A DNA stretch of 64,000 nucleotides. Origin: Takakia lepidozioides (Eukaryota > Plantae > Bryophyta). The notes beneath the pieces were generated by a model. The model was not told the origin of the DNA and searched no databases. It worked only from the letters and a program-made list of their open reading frames with translations. Every line of letters starts with the position of its first letter. Position 1 is the stretch's first letter. The stretch lies in assembly GCA_030704615.1 (NCBI GenBank), contig CM060732.1, positions 25,544,001 through 25,608,000 on the forward strand. The letters run 5' to 3'. This document shows, piece by piece, positions 1-11,769 of the stretch. A program made the translations under genes and the position numbers.

Positions 1-24
1 TGGCCGACATAAAAACCTCCCCAG

Positions 25-1045
25 ATGGAAAAACGGCGCCGAATTTCAATCCGGGGCCGTTCCAATGCAGTCGGGGAGGGGGGAGAGGTCGACACCTGGC
101 CATCATATTTCAACCCCCGGACGGAAATTCGGCACCGAATATCCAACAGAGCGGCGGAGAGGCCGGCACCTCTCCGACAGAGACCATCCCCCGGATGGAA
201 ATCCGGCGCCGAATTTCCATCCAGCAGGTAAGTGGAATCCCGGATGGATGGAGATCCGGCGCCGAATTTCCATCCAGCAGGTAAGTGGAATCCCGGATGG
301 ATGGAGATCCGGCGCCGAATTTCCATCCTGCAGGTAGTTCGAATCCCGGATGGATGGAGATCCGGCGCCGAATTTCCATCCAGCAGGTAAGTCGGATCGC
401 TGGCGTATGGATATTCGGCGCCGACTTTCCATTCGCCAGGTATTTCATCGCTCAGAATTACCTTCCTGCAGGTAATTCTGATCGATGAATTACCTTCGTG
501 CAGCTAATTCTTATCGATGAATAACCTTCCTGCAGGTAATTCCGAGCTTAGGAAGGTAATTCATCTCTCAGAATTACCTGCAGGTAGGTAATTCTGAGTG
601 ATGAAATACCTGGCGAATGGAAATTCGGCGCCGAATATCCATACGCCAGCGATCCGACTTACCTGCTGGATGGAAATTCGGCGCCGAATTTCCATCCATC
701 CGGGATTCGAATTACCTGCAGGATGGAAATCCGGCGCCGGATTTCCATCCATCCGGGATTCCACTTACCTGCTGGATGGAAATTCGGCGCCGGATCTCCA
801 TCCATCCGCTCTCCGCCCAACCTTGCAGATGGAAATCCGGCCCCGGATTTCCATCCATCCGCCTCCGAATTACCTGCTTGAGGGAAATTTGGCGCGCCGC
901 CCTACCTGCGCGGATGGAAATCCGGCGCCGGATTTCCATCCATCCGCTTCTGAATTACCTGCTTGAGGGAAATTTCGCGTGCCCGCCCTACCTTGCTGGA
1001 TGGAAATTCGGCGCCGGAATTACCTCTACGTTGGAAATTCCGGGC
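25..1045. repeat. Fold-back array of a 22-bp palindrome (GGAAATT/CCGGCGCCGA/GATTTCC), about 14 copies, mostly at 53-bp period
   Basis: GGCGCC-centred units at about 36, 130, 205, 258, 310, 364, 417, 627, 680, 733, 786, 839, 924 and 1010. About 195-480 is the reverse complement of about 565-800. The centre holds GAATTACC..CTGCAGGTAATTC units. Confidence 0.95.
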
Positions 1046-1261
1046 CTCTTTCCGTCGATTTTCATCCGACATGGAGGGCTTCATCCGACATTTAATTGCG
1101 CAGTTGGGCAATAAATGTCCACCGCCGTCGGTTTTCATTCGGGCTGGCGACACATGGCTTCCTGGATACGTACCCTAAATCTCATGCTAATCTTGGCTTA
1201 ACATGCTATTCGAGGCATGTACCCCAAAAACGGAGATCTTTTTCCATTTTGGCTGGGACTT

Positions 1262-4200
1262 ATGCCGCCTGAAGGGCGTGGCTCTCCTGAGAGAGACCTC
1301 ACATCCAGACCGCGGCGGAAGTTGAAAGCTCTGTACTACGGACGACGGCCAATCTCTCGCATGGCCAAACTGAAGCTCCAGCAGGAGATTCCAGTGTCTT
1401 GCTCACAACCCGCGCCAACTGAAGCCGAGTACTCTCAGGCAAGCCACTTCTGCTTTCGCTTTGTTCAATTTCTTTTTTGCTTTCGCTTTGTTGCCTCGCT
1501 TTGTTTTTGCATCTTCATCCTGGCTTCGCTGGATGAGTGAACTTTACATAGTTCAGTGAACCTTACATTGTTTGCAATGCGTGTGCAAATCCGGCAGCTG
1601 TGGAGAAGGCTGCTTGTGCATGTCATTCTCAGGCAATTGTTGCATTTGTTTTCATTGTTGTTGCATGGCTCTCCATACTTCCTAAACTTGTTATGTTTTC
1701 ATTTTTGTTACACGATTGTTGCTATGGTGGTTGCGCTGCTTGTTGCGATGCTGGTTTTCGCACCGATGTTGGTTTTCACGATTTTTGGGAATCACAGAGT
1801 GACGACGAGCCCGGCACGCTGGTGGTATCATCGACAGCTCCAACTCATCGCATGTTTGAATCGCCCAACTTGGGGCGAGAGGGCAAACTTCAACCTTTTG
1901 TTGGTGGACGGGAGGACTTGCAACGACAGTACGACAGAATAGGCATTGGGGAGGTTGGTGCAGGCGGCATGGCAGGTGAAGGGCGTGAGGACATGAGGAC
2001 AGCAGATCCGGCAATGGAGGTTGTTCATGCACATGCAGTAGGGCCCGCCCACGCAAAGAAAAAGAAGAAAGCTAAGCACATGCAATCCCCGGCGAGAGAG
2101 CCGTCACGGGCTGCGGAGGGGGGAGTGAGCAGTGCGAGCGAGGGTGTCAGTTCGCCTCAATCAAAGGTGGTCGTCCTGGAGGGCTCCCCTGCTGCTAGCC
2201 CTAGTAAGAAACAGAAAGCCCGTGAGAGGGCAAAAGAGAGGGCAAAAGAATAGACGAGACAGAATGCTAGCCAGGAGGAAAGAGAAAATGCCACTGAAGA
2301 GGCCAGGGTGCCCAAATGACAGATGCCAATGTAAGCGAGGGACGCACAGAGACGGTGGATCCCTCCAAGACACCACAGAGAGGCAGTAACACACCGGTTA
2401 GACCATCGCGGGCAAGAGCAGCCCCCGCAATTACCCATACGGTGGAGAGTGGAGGAGAGGAAAGAACACCAGAAAGAGCACGGATTGTACAAGTTCGAGG
2501 TGAAGCCAGGGAGAGGGCAGTAGAGACGGGGAGAGTGCTGGAGGTGGTTTCGCAGGTGGCTGACCCTGTTGAGGAGGACGACATGGAGCTTTCTGACCAG
2601 GATGACATCCTCCCGGACATCCCCAGGCCCCAAACCCGGAGCATACAGGCTGGATTTGGCGGTCCTGGCGGGCTGCCGGAAAACCCCTCTGCAGCAGACG
2701 TCATGTCTGAGGCGGATATGAAGTTGGCCACTGCCAAGATGTTGGAGGCAACCCACAGCAACATTGGCAGGGTGCTGGGGGGCATGGTGTACCCGGCCAA
2801 GCTTCGAATTCCCCTTTGCCGCTTGGTGTCATTGCAGGTGGTGAGACCTGCCCTCCCAGGCGATATCGACAAGCTGAAATTCTCTTTCCGGGATGGATAT
2901 CGAATGGGGTCTGCCGCGTTTTACATTTCCATTGAGAACGACCACGGAGCTTCCTGTGCCCACACTTCCGATGAGGTGGACAAATGGGGTCCCTATTGGC
3001 AAACGCGAAATGAGGAGTTCGAGAGATTCGAGAGATCGATGCTAGTGATCCTCTTTTCCAGCACTTGTCCGGTAAGATGTTCTACGTGTGGGACGGCAAT
3101 CATCGCCTCCTTGCATGGATGGAGCACATTGCCCAAGCCCACCCCAACGACCTCGATTGGCATTTCGCCGTGGATTGTGTTGTGCTGAAGGTTGCGGGGC
3201 CCAAAGATCGCAGTCTTCTCAAAGCTGCAATGGCCGACATCAACTCGTAAGCTACAACCCCTCTCGGTTTTGGACTTTGAATTTGGAAGTCATTTCATTG
3301 CGAATCCTCATATATGATGAAAATTCCCATTTCAGTATTGTTTGATGGAAATGTGGCACTGCAGGGTGACTGAGAATGCCTTCATTGCCACCAACTTGTC
3401 CCATATGCTCTTCCGAGTGAAAGATGTCGGGAAGCAGGGGGTGCAAGAGTTTGCCAATTCCCTCAGTGCCGACCTCCTGCGCAAGTCGGAGGCAAAGGCA
3501 GACAGAACCTGGTATAGGCTGAGCGTCGACGCCATGGTGGACTACATATTTCGGGTAAAGCTCCTGACAGTTTTGTTGAGCTAATCTGTCTCTCCTCCCC
3601 CAATAGAAGAAATTGTGTTGAGCAGGATCTCTAATCTTATGTGCGCATTCTTGACAGACAAAAATACAGCAGGATTTGGCACATGCGCGGAGGTTCTACA
3701 TGGAGTCAGAGGAGAAGAATCCAACCCTCCCGGAACGCGAATCGTATGTCAAAGCTGCGGAGGTGAGGGCCCGCATAAAGTACAAGTCGCGGATGGCAAA
3801 GTACGTGGCCATAGCTGATCCCGCCCTTGGTGCCGACTTTCTGGTGGAGGTGGGGAAGCACTACTCTCGCGCTCTGAAGCCCACGATGACATTGGAGAAG
3901 CTCCATCGTCTAGCCACATCCTGTGTGGATGCAACAGAAAAGGTGATACATTCTTAACCAAATTGTGGTGGCAACAACTCCTTTTTGTGGTGTTTGGCGC
4001 TTACGAATATGCTGGGTGGTTGGACAGACCCGGTGGCTCCAAATCTGGAATGGTTCCCAAAGTACCAGGGACATGTGGAGCTTCCCCAAACCGGACAAAC
4101 TCTCTGACCCCACATTCGACATGTGGATGAACCGCATGACATGGTGGTTTCAGATACTTCCCCACGCTTCGTTTGGGGCTTCTACTCTAGTAGGGGGTGG

Positions 4201-7200
4201 ATTCATTGTATTTTTTCAGGAAAGCGATCTGATGGAGAATCTCCACAGGTGACGACGAATGCGCAAGAGCAGCTGGACACACAAGCACATCAGTTCAAGA
4301 TGGAGATATCTCCTGCAGCAGAGAGCCTACGTGACTATGTGACGAGGTACTTTCTGCTCTACAAAACCAACCTATTCTTTCGGGAGATAGCAGATGCTCG
4401 CTGGAGCCACGAGTTCACCGACCAGCCGAACGCGGACAAAGCAGCAATGCGCCTTCTGTACAGGTACATACGCGCTGCCTTTCTTTCAAGTCCTTGCATT
4501 TCAGGATGTTAGAAGCCTCATGTGGTGTTAGGGAAAATGGCGCCGAATTTCCAGTCAGGGCTCCGAAAAATGGCTAAGTCCCTAGACTGGTTGGCCCTGA
4601 ACTGGAAATTCGGCGCCATTTTCCAGTTCTAGGCCCTATTGCCGTTCAGGGACAGCCATTTTCGGGCTAAGTCCCTAGGGTGGCTGGCCCTGAACTGGAA
4701 ATTCGGCGCCATTTTCCAGTTCTAGGCCCTATTGCCGTTCAGGGACTTAGCCATTTTCGGGCTAAGTCCCTAGGGTGGCTGGCCCTAAATTGGAAATTCG
4801 GCGCCATTTTCCAGTTCTAGGCCCTATTGCCGTTCAGGGACTTAGCCATTTTCGGGCTAAGTCCCTAGGGTGGCTGGCCCTGAACTGGAAATTCGGCGCC
4901 ATTTTTCCAGTTCTAGGCCCTATTGCGGTTCTGGGACTTAGCCATCTTCGGGCCAAACCGGGAAAAATGGCGCCGAATTTCTAGTTCAGGGCTCCCAAGA
5001 TGGCTAAGTCCCTAGGGTGGCAGTCACCGAAAACCGAAATTCGGCGCCATTTTTCCATTTCTAGGCCCACTCACATCCGCCCCAACCTGGGAAAATGGTG
5101 CCGAATATGCATTTCAGGGACGTCATTTCATGATGCAGGTACTGCAAGTTCTCCCTTTTGGAGAAAGGTCATCTGTCTTTCGAGCCACCGTTCTTCCTGG
5201 CATGGAGGATCCCTGGGGCTGACTCCATGTACACTGATGATATTGTGAAGGAGTGGCATCTGGAACATTTGCGTGATTGCCCTTGGTATGTGGACCTTCC
5301 GCCGGCTCGCTCGACCCATCCGAGTTTCAATTGAAGCTGGATGCTGAATTCCGACGAAACCGGGCTCCGCTGCCTCCGTTGGGTGCAAAAGAGGCAAAAG
5401 CGCTTGCGAACTCCAGGAAAGCGGCAGAGCTTGCTCAGGCAGGAATTCAGGAGAAATTGCATGAGAAGAGTAAAGGCCAAAGGAAAAGGACAAGGAAACA
5501 GGTGAGTGTAGTAACACCCAAAAAGAAGAAAACCATCGGGGCATCGGAGGAGGCGTAGGAGGGGACCCAAGAGAGTGACTCGGACGACGACTTTGTTCAA
5601 GGTCCTGCAACTGCTGTTGCTCCTACCCAGTCACCGGTCGTCCGGGTTCCAAGTCAGTTTGGAGTGGGATTGGCTCTGCCAAGAAGTTGGCATTTGAGGG
5701 CGAGCCTACACGCGGTATTCGGCGGTGACGTTTACGCACAGGCCAAAGCTAGAACCTCCAACCATCATCCAATGCGTCAATGAGAGCTTCCTTGACGCTC
5801 TCACTGCCAGGGCGAAGAAGGTGGCACACATCAAGTCTCTGGCGGAGCAGAAGGGGAAAGCCAAGAAGAGGGCTGCCGGTACAGAGCCTAAAGACACCCC
5901 TGGTTTTGAAGCCATGATGGAATTCTTCACGGCTGTGAGCACGAATTGCAAGAGCACTCGGGGGGGGGGGGGGGGGGGGTTGAGGTGGAGAGAGCTTGCG
6001 ACATGATTCTCCTCGACATTCCAGATGGGGAGCTGCTGGAGGGCCTGGATGGTGTGCCCACCTGGAACAGGTTTACTGAGGACTACTGGAAAGCCGGGTT
6101 TGGGCTGGCGGGGATGCTTCTGGATGACGGTGGATGTGTGGTTGTCCTTGCCATGAGAGGGAAGACCACAGAGAATGCGGTGGCAAGGTGGACACCGAAA
6201 AGTGTCACCCCGGTCCTCCTCAGAAAATGGTTCTGCATCAGTACACAGGGGTTGCGAACAGAGGGCCAAAGTGTAAGTTATCAATCTATTGCATTCACTT
6301 CATATTGTGGTGTATGTTAAGTAGACCCTGGAGTTGATCCCTTCTTTGTTGGATGTGCATACATTGGTGTTTGAGGCATATTGCTTTGTGAAGAGAGGGT
6401 CTACGTTCAAATTCCGCAATGACGGTCGTCTTGTTGATGCCGCTGTGGACCCTGTAACCTACGATGTCCTCTACAACTATGTGCCCCACTCCAGTATGCC
6501 GAAGGACACAAAGACAGGCAAACCGTGGCGGTACAGCCGGACCCGGAGCCCTGCTTTCATCCAAACCCTCATGGAGACGTGCTCGGATGTCCAAGGGCGG
6601 ATTCTGGACCTCACATGCGGCACGGGTAAGCCTTCACGTGCTCAGTTTGTCCCCTGGCCCGATTGCAATTGCATGCCGCAAGCTATTAACCGCCCGCTTT
6701 GTTCCTCAGGTGCTTCGATGTGGGCAGGGACGTTGTCCGACAGGCATGTGTTCGCCTTCAAGCCAGATACTGCCCTCCACAACTCGGAACTTGCAGCGGC
6801 TGAACGTCTGCCGAAAGAGGAAGAGGCATCCTCGGAGGATGAGGAAAAATCCGAGAAGGATCAGGGGGAGGAAGTTGGGATCGAGGCGGAGGAGCCCCCG
6901 GTTTACGAGTGAGTGGTGGCATTGTAAGTTGCCTCCAGATTTCGTGAGGCACCTCCCTCCGCTCTCTTATTTCATTGAAAACCCTTTCTGGTTGTGCTGG
7001 TATTGACATTCTTGAAGTGGATTTGTTCTTACTGTAGGATGCCAAGTACTGCCGGAGGGACGTCTACACCGGAGTTCATGGGCAGGAGGAACGTGCCTTT
7101 TTTGCCAAGGGGGATTTCATGCCTAGTCCAGAAGGGAGTACATCCTTCCTACTTATGCTGCCCGGCTTGCTTCGGTGTCCATTAGGAGGTGTTCCGAACG

Positions 7201-7501
7201 TAGTCGTGTACAACAGATTTTAGACGAGGCAAGCCTCAAGAAAATGAAGATGAGGGAGGAGGAGCAGCAGCAGCTATTAGAGCCCGTCGGGCTCGTAGAT
7301 TTGTCTTGGATTCTGCTGAGGAAAGTGGGGGAGAAGACGCAGAAGATTCCAAGGAGGTGAGGTGGACAGTCCCCCAAGGAGAGGACGAGATTTTTGAGAG
7401 GCAATAGTGGAACTGATGCATCACAGAGCTCGGAGGATGAGGGGGATGAGGGGGATGAGGAAGAAGGTGGGGCAAGTTCCTCGGAGGGTGTAGGAGAGTA
7501 G
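1262..7501 (+). pseudogene. Multi-exon gene: low-complexity N-terminus, ParB/Srx-like domain and beta-class N6A/N4C DNA methyltransferase; degenerate
   Basis: Exons about 1262-1438 (GC donor), 1798-3246, 3365-3554, 3658-3942, 4028-4153, 4249-4463, 5139-5652, 5742-6272, ~6361-6625, 6710-6908 and ~7040-7501; most splice phases match. ParB-like RPALPGDIDKLKFSF...FYVWDGNHRLLAW. MTase motif IV-like CDMILLDIPDG precedes RSPAFIQTLMETCSDVQGRILDLTCGT/GASMWAGTLSDRHVFAFKPD. Stops at 2251 and 5556; frameshifts near 2310, 3030, 5295 and in the poly-G at 5960. Confidence 0.8.
4530..5112. repeat. Intronic tandem array (93-95 bp unit) carrying the same palindrome core
   Basis: GGAAATTCGGCGCCATTTT at 4604, 4697, 4792, 4887 and ~5035; inverted copies at ~4532, ~4961 and ~5090. 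The array lies inside the intron 4464-5138. Confidence 0.92.
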
Positions 7502-7733
7502 TGCCCATTCCGGCTATGACAGTTAGAACACACTTGTATAGACGTGGCTTGCCACAAAATTTGCAATAAAATGTTGCATTTCAAGTCCACTGGTGCCACA
7601 TTCCAACTTCACATGACCCTATTTCCGTGCCTCCTAACCCTATTTCCGTGGACTCACAATGGTCTGCTCATGCTTTTTTTTTCCCGCTCATGCTCATGCC
7701 GCTCATGAAATAGCAGCCCCCCCCACCGCGATC

Positions 7734-8071
7734 TGTTGTGAAGATAACAACGCCAGGTGCACAAACATGTATTGGTCCCTGGATTGACACTTGGGTCAAT
7801 CCCAAATGTCAATATATAAAAGCTAATTATTTCCTAGCTAACTTCACACAAGTGGTAAAATAACTTGACAGCTGTCGTGCACATACATATCGCTACACAA
7901 CTACATCACTGTCCAAAACCACACAACACATGTGCACACCAAACACTAGTCTATCACTAGTCCACCACTAGTCCTGCCACTAATGCAACCACTAGTCCAC
8001 CACTTGTGCAGCCACTAGTCCAACACTAGGCTGCCACTAGCCACCACTAGTGCAGCCACTAGTCCATCACA
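7734..8071 (-). repeat. Putative 3' LTR of the DNMT-carrying element, with internal CCACTAGT short repeats
   Basis: On the minus strand the PPT-like TAGGGGGGCGAT is followed directly by TGTGATG...CACAACA. There is no partner LTR to confirm the boundaries. Confidence 0.6.
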
Positions 8072-8334
8072 ATCGCCCCCCTAGCTGGCGTTTAGGTCCC
8101 TCTAAGTCTAGATAGCTACAAGATGTGATAGTGGTCATAGCCTCACTAAGTCCTCCACCCCTGTCCTTACTACACTCAAACTCAATAGATCAAGAGGCCG
8201 GGTACAAGAGTTGCCCCATCGTTAGTCGCCGTCTTGCAACCTGTGAACTTGAGCATGAGATCTTGGTATTGACTCCTATGAGCTTGGTCTCCCATGTCTT
8301 GTGAGCTGCCACTAGTCATATCCACTGCCACTAT

Positions 8335-9780
8335 CCCAAGCAGTGTGGACATAACTAATCTCCATCAGGAACCCTCTCAAGAGGTGGTGTCAAGCATCCC
8401 ATGTGCCAACCTCTTGAGCATCGATCACATACCAGCATAGTGGCGGCACCACAAGCATGCCCACATAGCATGCAACGCAATCCTGCAGGTACCACTGCAA
8501 GGTTGGGATCTATCCTCCCATCCACATGTGGAAGGTGACATGGCACACAATTACGCACATGGTCCTTCCATACCATGCCATCTCGACCCTCCAGAATCAA
8601 CACTCCTGAAGGCAACACCTCCCTGACCCTTAGAATCACACGTCCTGCTGTGACATCCAAGGTCGTAGGCGTTGTCTGCTGCAGATACACATAGTCCCCA
8701 GGGTGGAAACGCCAAACACCTGGCCGATATCCCCCTCCACGTATAGTGGCATACCTCAATGTATCTCAATGTTGGGCAATAGCAAGATTCTCAAAAGCCA
8801 TAGGCATGACTCTCTTTAACAACTCTGCCCGTTGGGCACATGCTTGTGTCCACACATCCGGATCATCAAGGTTGAGGACTACTGCAGCCTCCCTGCGAAT
8901 AGACGCAGGCAAATCTGGCTCTCGGCCAAAGAGAAGGAAATATGGTGAGAAGGAGGCAAGTGATGCTTGCTTGCTAAACCTGTAGCCCATGGCTAGCCAA
9001 GGTACCTGAAGATCCCAATCTCCTAGGTGTCCCTTTTGCAAGCCATACTTGCGCAAACCCCTCTTCACTGTCTGAATCACTCTCTCTGCCAGGCCATTGG
9101 CCTCAGGATGATCCCGAGAAGTGGTACGGTGGTCTATCAAGGCTTTATCACACCAAGCCTGAAACTCCCCCAAGAACTCTCTCCCTTGGTCCGTGAGTAC
9201 CTCAGCTAGAGCACCAAATCGGCTAAGCACACAATCTAGGAATATATACGCAGCCCCCTCACTAGCCTTGTCAGGCAATGGAACCAACTCAATCCACTTG
9301 GAGAAGTGCTCCACCATCACCAACACATATCTGTGGTGACGCATTGTCAGTGGCAAAGGCCCTGCGAAGTCAAGACTCCACTTGTAGCCCAATCCCATGA
9401 TGGGTAATTGATGCAACTGTGGTGTAGGGGCGTTGAATGAAGCACGCACCCTGTCACACACCATGCACCTAGCCACGAACTGTTGTACCTTTGTATGCAT
9501 ACCACGCCACCAATACTGCCCCTGCAGTAAACTATGAGTGCGTCGCACTCCAAAATGCCCCAACTCCTTATGGGTATGCCGCACTAACTGTGCACGTTGT
9601 GTTGGGTGAGGCACAATCCTCACCCGACCATCCTCCCACACTCGAAGCAGGTGTATCCCCTCCTACTTGAACCTCTTGGCTCGTTGTAGGATCCGATCCC
9701 TCTCCTTGGCAGTCACACTAGCTGTCGTGTCTCCAGTGCGGAGGTAGTCCAACACAACCAAATCCTCATGTATATCTCTA
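8335..9780 (-). pseudogene. Integrase with C-terminal PHD finger
   Basis: ORFs 8766-9641 and 8355-8759. PHD reads CMLC...CDRC...WHMGC...GD*LCPHC (C4HC3; the conserved W is mutated to TAG at 8355). Confidence 0.9.
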
Positions 9781-9953
9781 GGCACCACCTAGCTCATCTC
9801 TAGCCTCAGGGTCCTCAGACATTCCGTCTACAGTCATCCATGTTGTAGGTCCAACCTGACCTCCCGATACCAAGATACACAAAAAGGCAGATGCATGCCA
9901 TCCCGGACCATCTCCTCGTCCGTCTCACCATGCCACTGAGCTCCAGTGTCATC

Positions 9954-11400
9954 CTACTGGCTCGTGCATGGATTGCGACTCAATCCATCCGCATCCCTAT
10001 TGACCAAACCCGGTCGATGCACAACCTGAAAGTCATACTCTTGGAGTATAAGTGCCCACCATACAAGCTTCCCCGTAAGCTTGTTTGACTCCATCAACCA
10101 CTTGAGTGGCTGGTGATCCGTGACAAACGTGAAGAGATTGCTGATAGATAGCACCTGAAGTGTGCCACGGCCCACACTGCAGCTAAGCATTCCCCCTCAT
10201 ATGAGCTATACTTAGACTCTGCAGCGTTGTTCGAGCGGCTAGCATAAGCCACTACGAACTCTCTTCCCTTATCATCCACCTGTGTGAGCACCGCTCCAAG
10301 CCCCAGCATGCTCCAATCTGTATGCACCTGAAAGGGACGCCCCCTGATAGGTCGTCTCAAGATCGGCGCCGAGGTCAACCTCGCCTTGAGCTCCTGAAAA
10401 GCTCGCTCTTGCTCATCTTCCTACTGCCACTCCTGGTCTACCTTGGTCAGCTTGGTTAGAGCCTTTGCAATAGCACTAAATCCCTTGACAAACCGTCTAT
10501 AGTAGTTTGCCAACCCCAAGAAAGCTCAAACTCGGCTCACATCCGTGGGACGTGGAATCTGTGCGATGGCCTCTACCTTAGTCTGCTGCACCCCCAATCC
10601 TCCAAGATATATCATGTGGCCTAGATACTCAATCTGGTTGTGGAAGAACTTGCACTTCCCTGGATGTAATTTCAATCCGTGCGCTCTCAAGCGCTCAAAC
10701 ACCACCTAAAGGTGTCTCTCGTGCTCCTCCACCGTAGCACTCAAGATGATGATGTCATCTATGTAGCACCGAGCAAATTCCACCCCTGCTAGAATCCTGT
10801 CCATGACTCTCTGGAATTCTGTAGGAGCGTTCTTAAGCCCGAATAGTAAGAATCGCCACTGATATAGGCAATCCGTGCTCATTGATCCCCCAGAATGCCG
10901 TCTTCTGCTTGTCTGCCTCCTTGATCTGCAACTGGTGATATCCGGACCGCAAGTCCAAAGTGCTAAAGACCTTGACATGCCCAATGGCATCAAAGATCTC
11001 CTCTGGTGTGGGCATGGCATACTTATCGGACTTGGTCTGACGATTTACAGGCCGGTAATCACCGCACATACGTCTCTCCGTCCAATTGCCATAGACATCC
11101 TTCTTGGCTGGCATCACCGTGGTTGAAGCAAACTCTCCACCAGAAAGCTCCACCAAACCAGCCTCCCAGAGATCTTGAGTCCTCATCTGAATCAAAGACC
11201 TCTCCATGTCACTGTATCTATAGGGTCTCCGAAAGATTGGCGTGTCTGTGGCCAACTCAATATGAATCTCCTGACGCTTCAGTGCTCCCAAATCTTTCAA
11301 ACTGAAGGCAAAGCAATTCCTGTAAGCCCTCAGGAACCGCCGTATACGTCGTCTCTCTCCTCCGGTGACAATGGGTCCAATGTCAGGCTCCCAATTGTCC
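9954..11400 (-). pseudogene. Reverse transcriptase and RNase H
   Basis: [46 protein letters not shown] and TDHQPL, split by stops and frameshifts. Confidence 0.95.
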
Positions 11401-11769
11401 TCCGTAACTGCAACCTTAAGTCTAGTGGGCTTAAAGGTAGAGGACGCGTCCAGTGGTTGCTATGTTGCAACCTCTTGAGCAGTACTCCTTACCTGCTCAG
11501 TCAATGACAAGGCCTCATCCTGCCCCATCATCTCATCCTTGAGGACCTCCTCAATCCACGAAGAATCCCCAACCTCATCCGTCACAGCCGCCTTGGCTGC
11601 CAACTCCCTCTGAACCTCGAGCCCCTCCCACGTGTGCCATGGATGTCTACACCCCGTGGTCCTCACCGGCTCGCCCCCACTCACTGCCTGTACCGTCTCG
11701 GTAGGCAGAGAGACCGTCAAGGGAAGTGTACTCCGCACTCTACGTTGCTCAGCCATAGCCAAGCTGATA

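Noticed and set aside
25-1045. CRISPR-like array of palindromic repeats
   Set aside because: The intervening sequences are themselves repeated rather than unique spacers; no cas genes; eukaryotic context. The same applies to 4530-5112.
25-1178. Many ORFs with MEIRRRISI / WKFGAEFP repeats
   Set aside because: Translations of the palindromic repeat on both strands.
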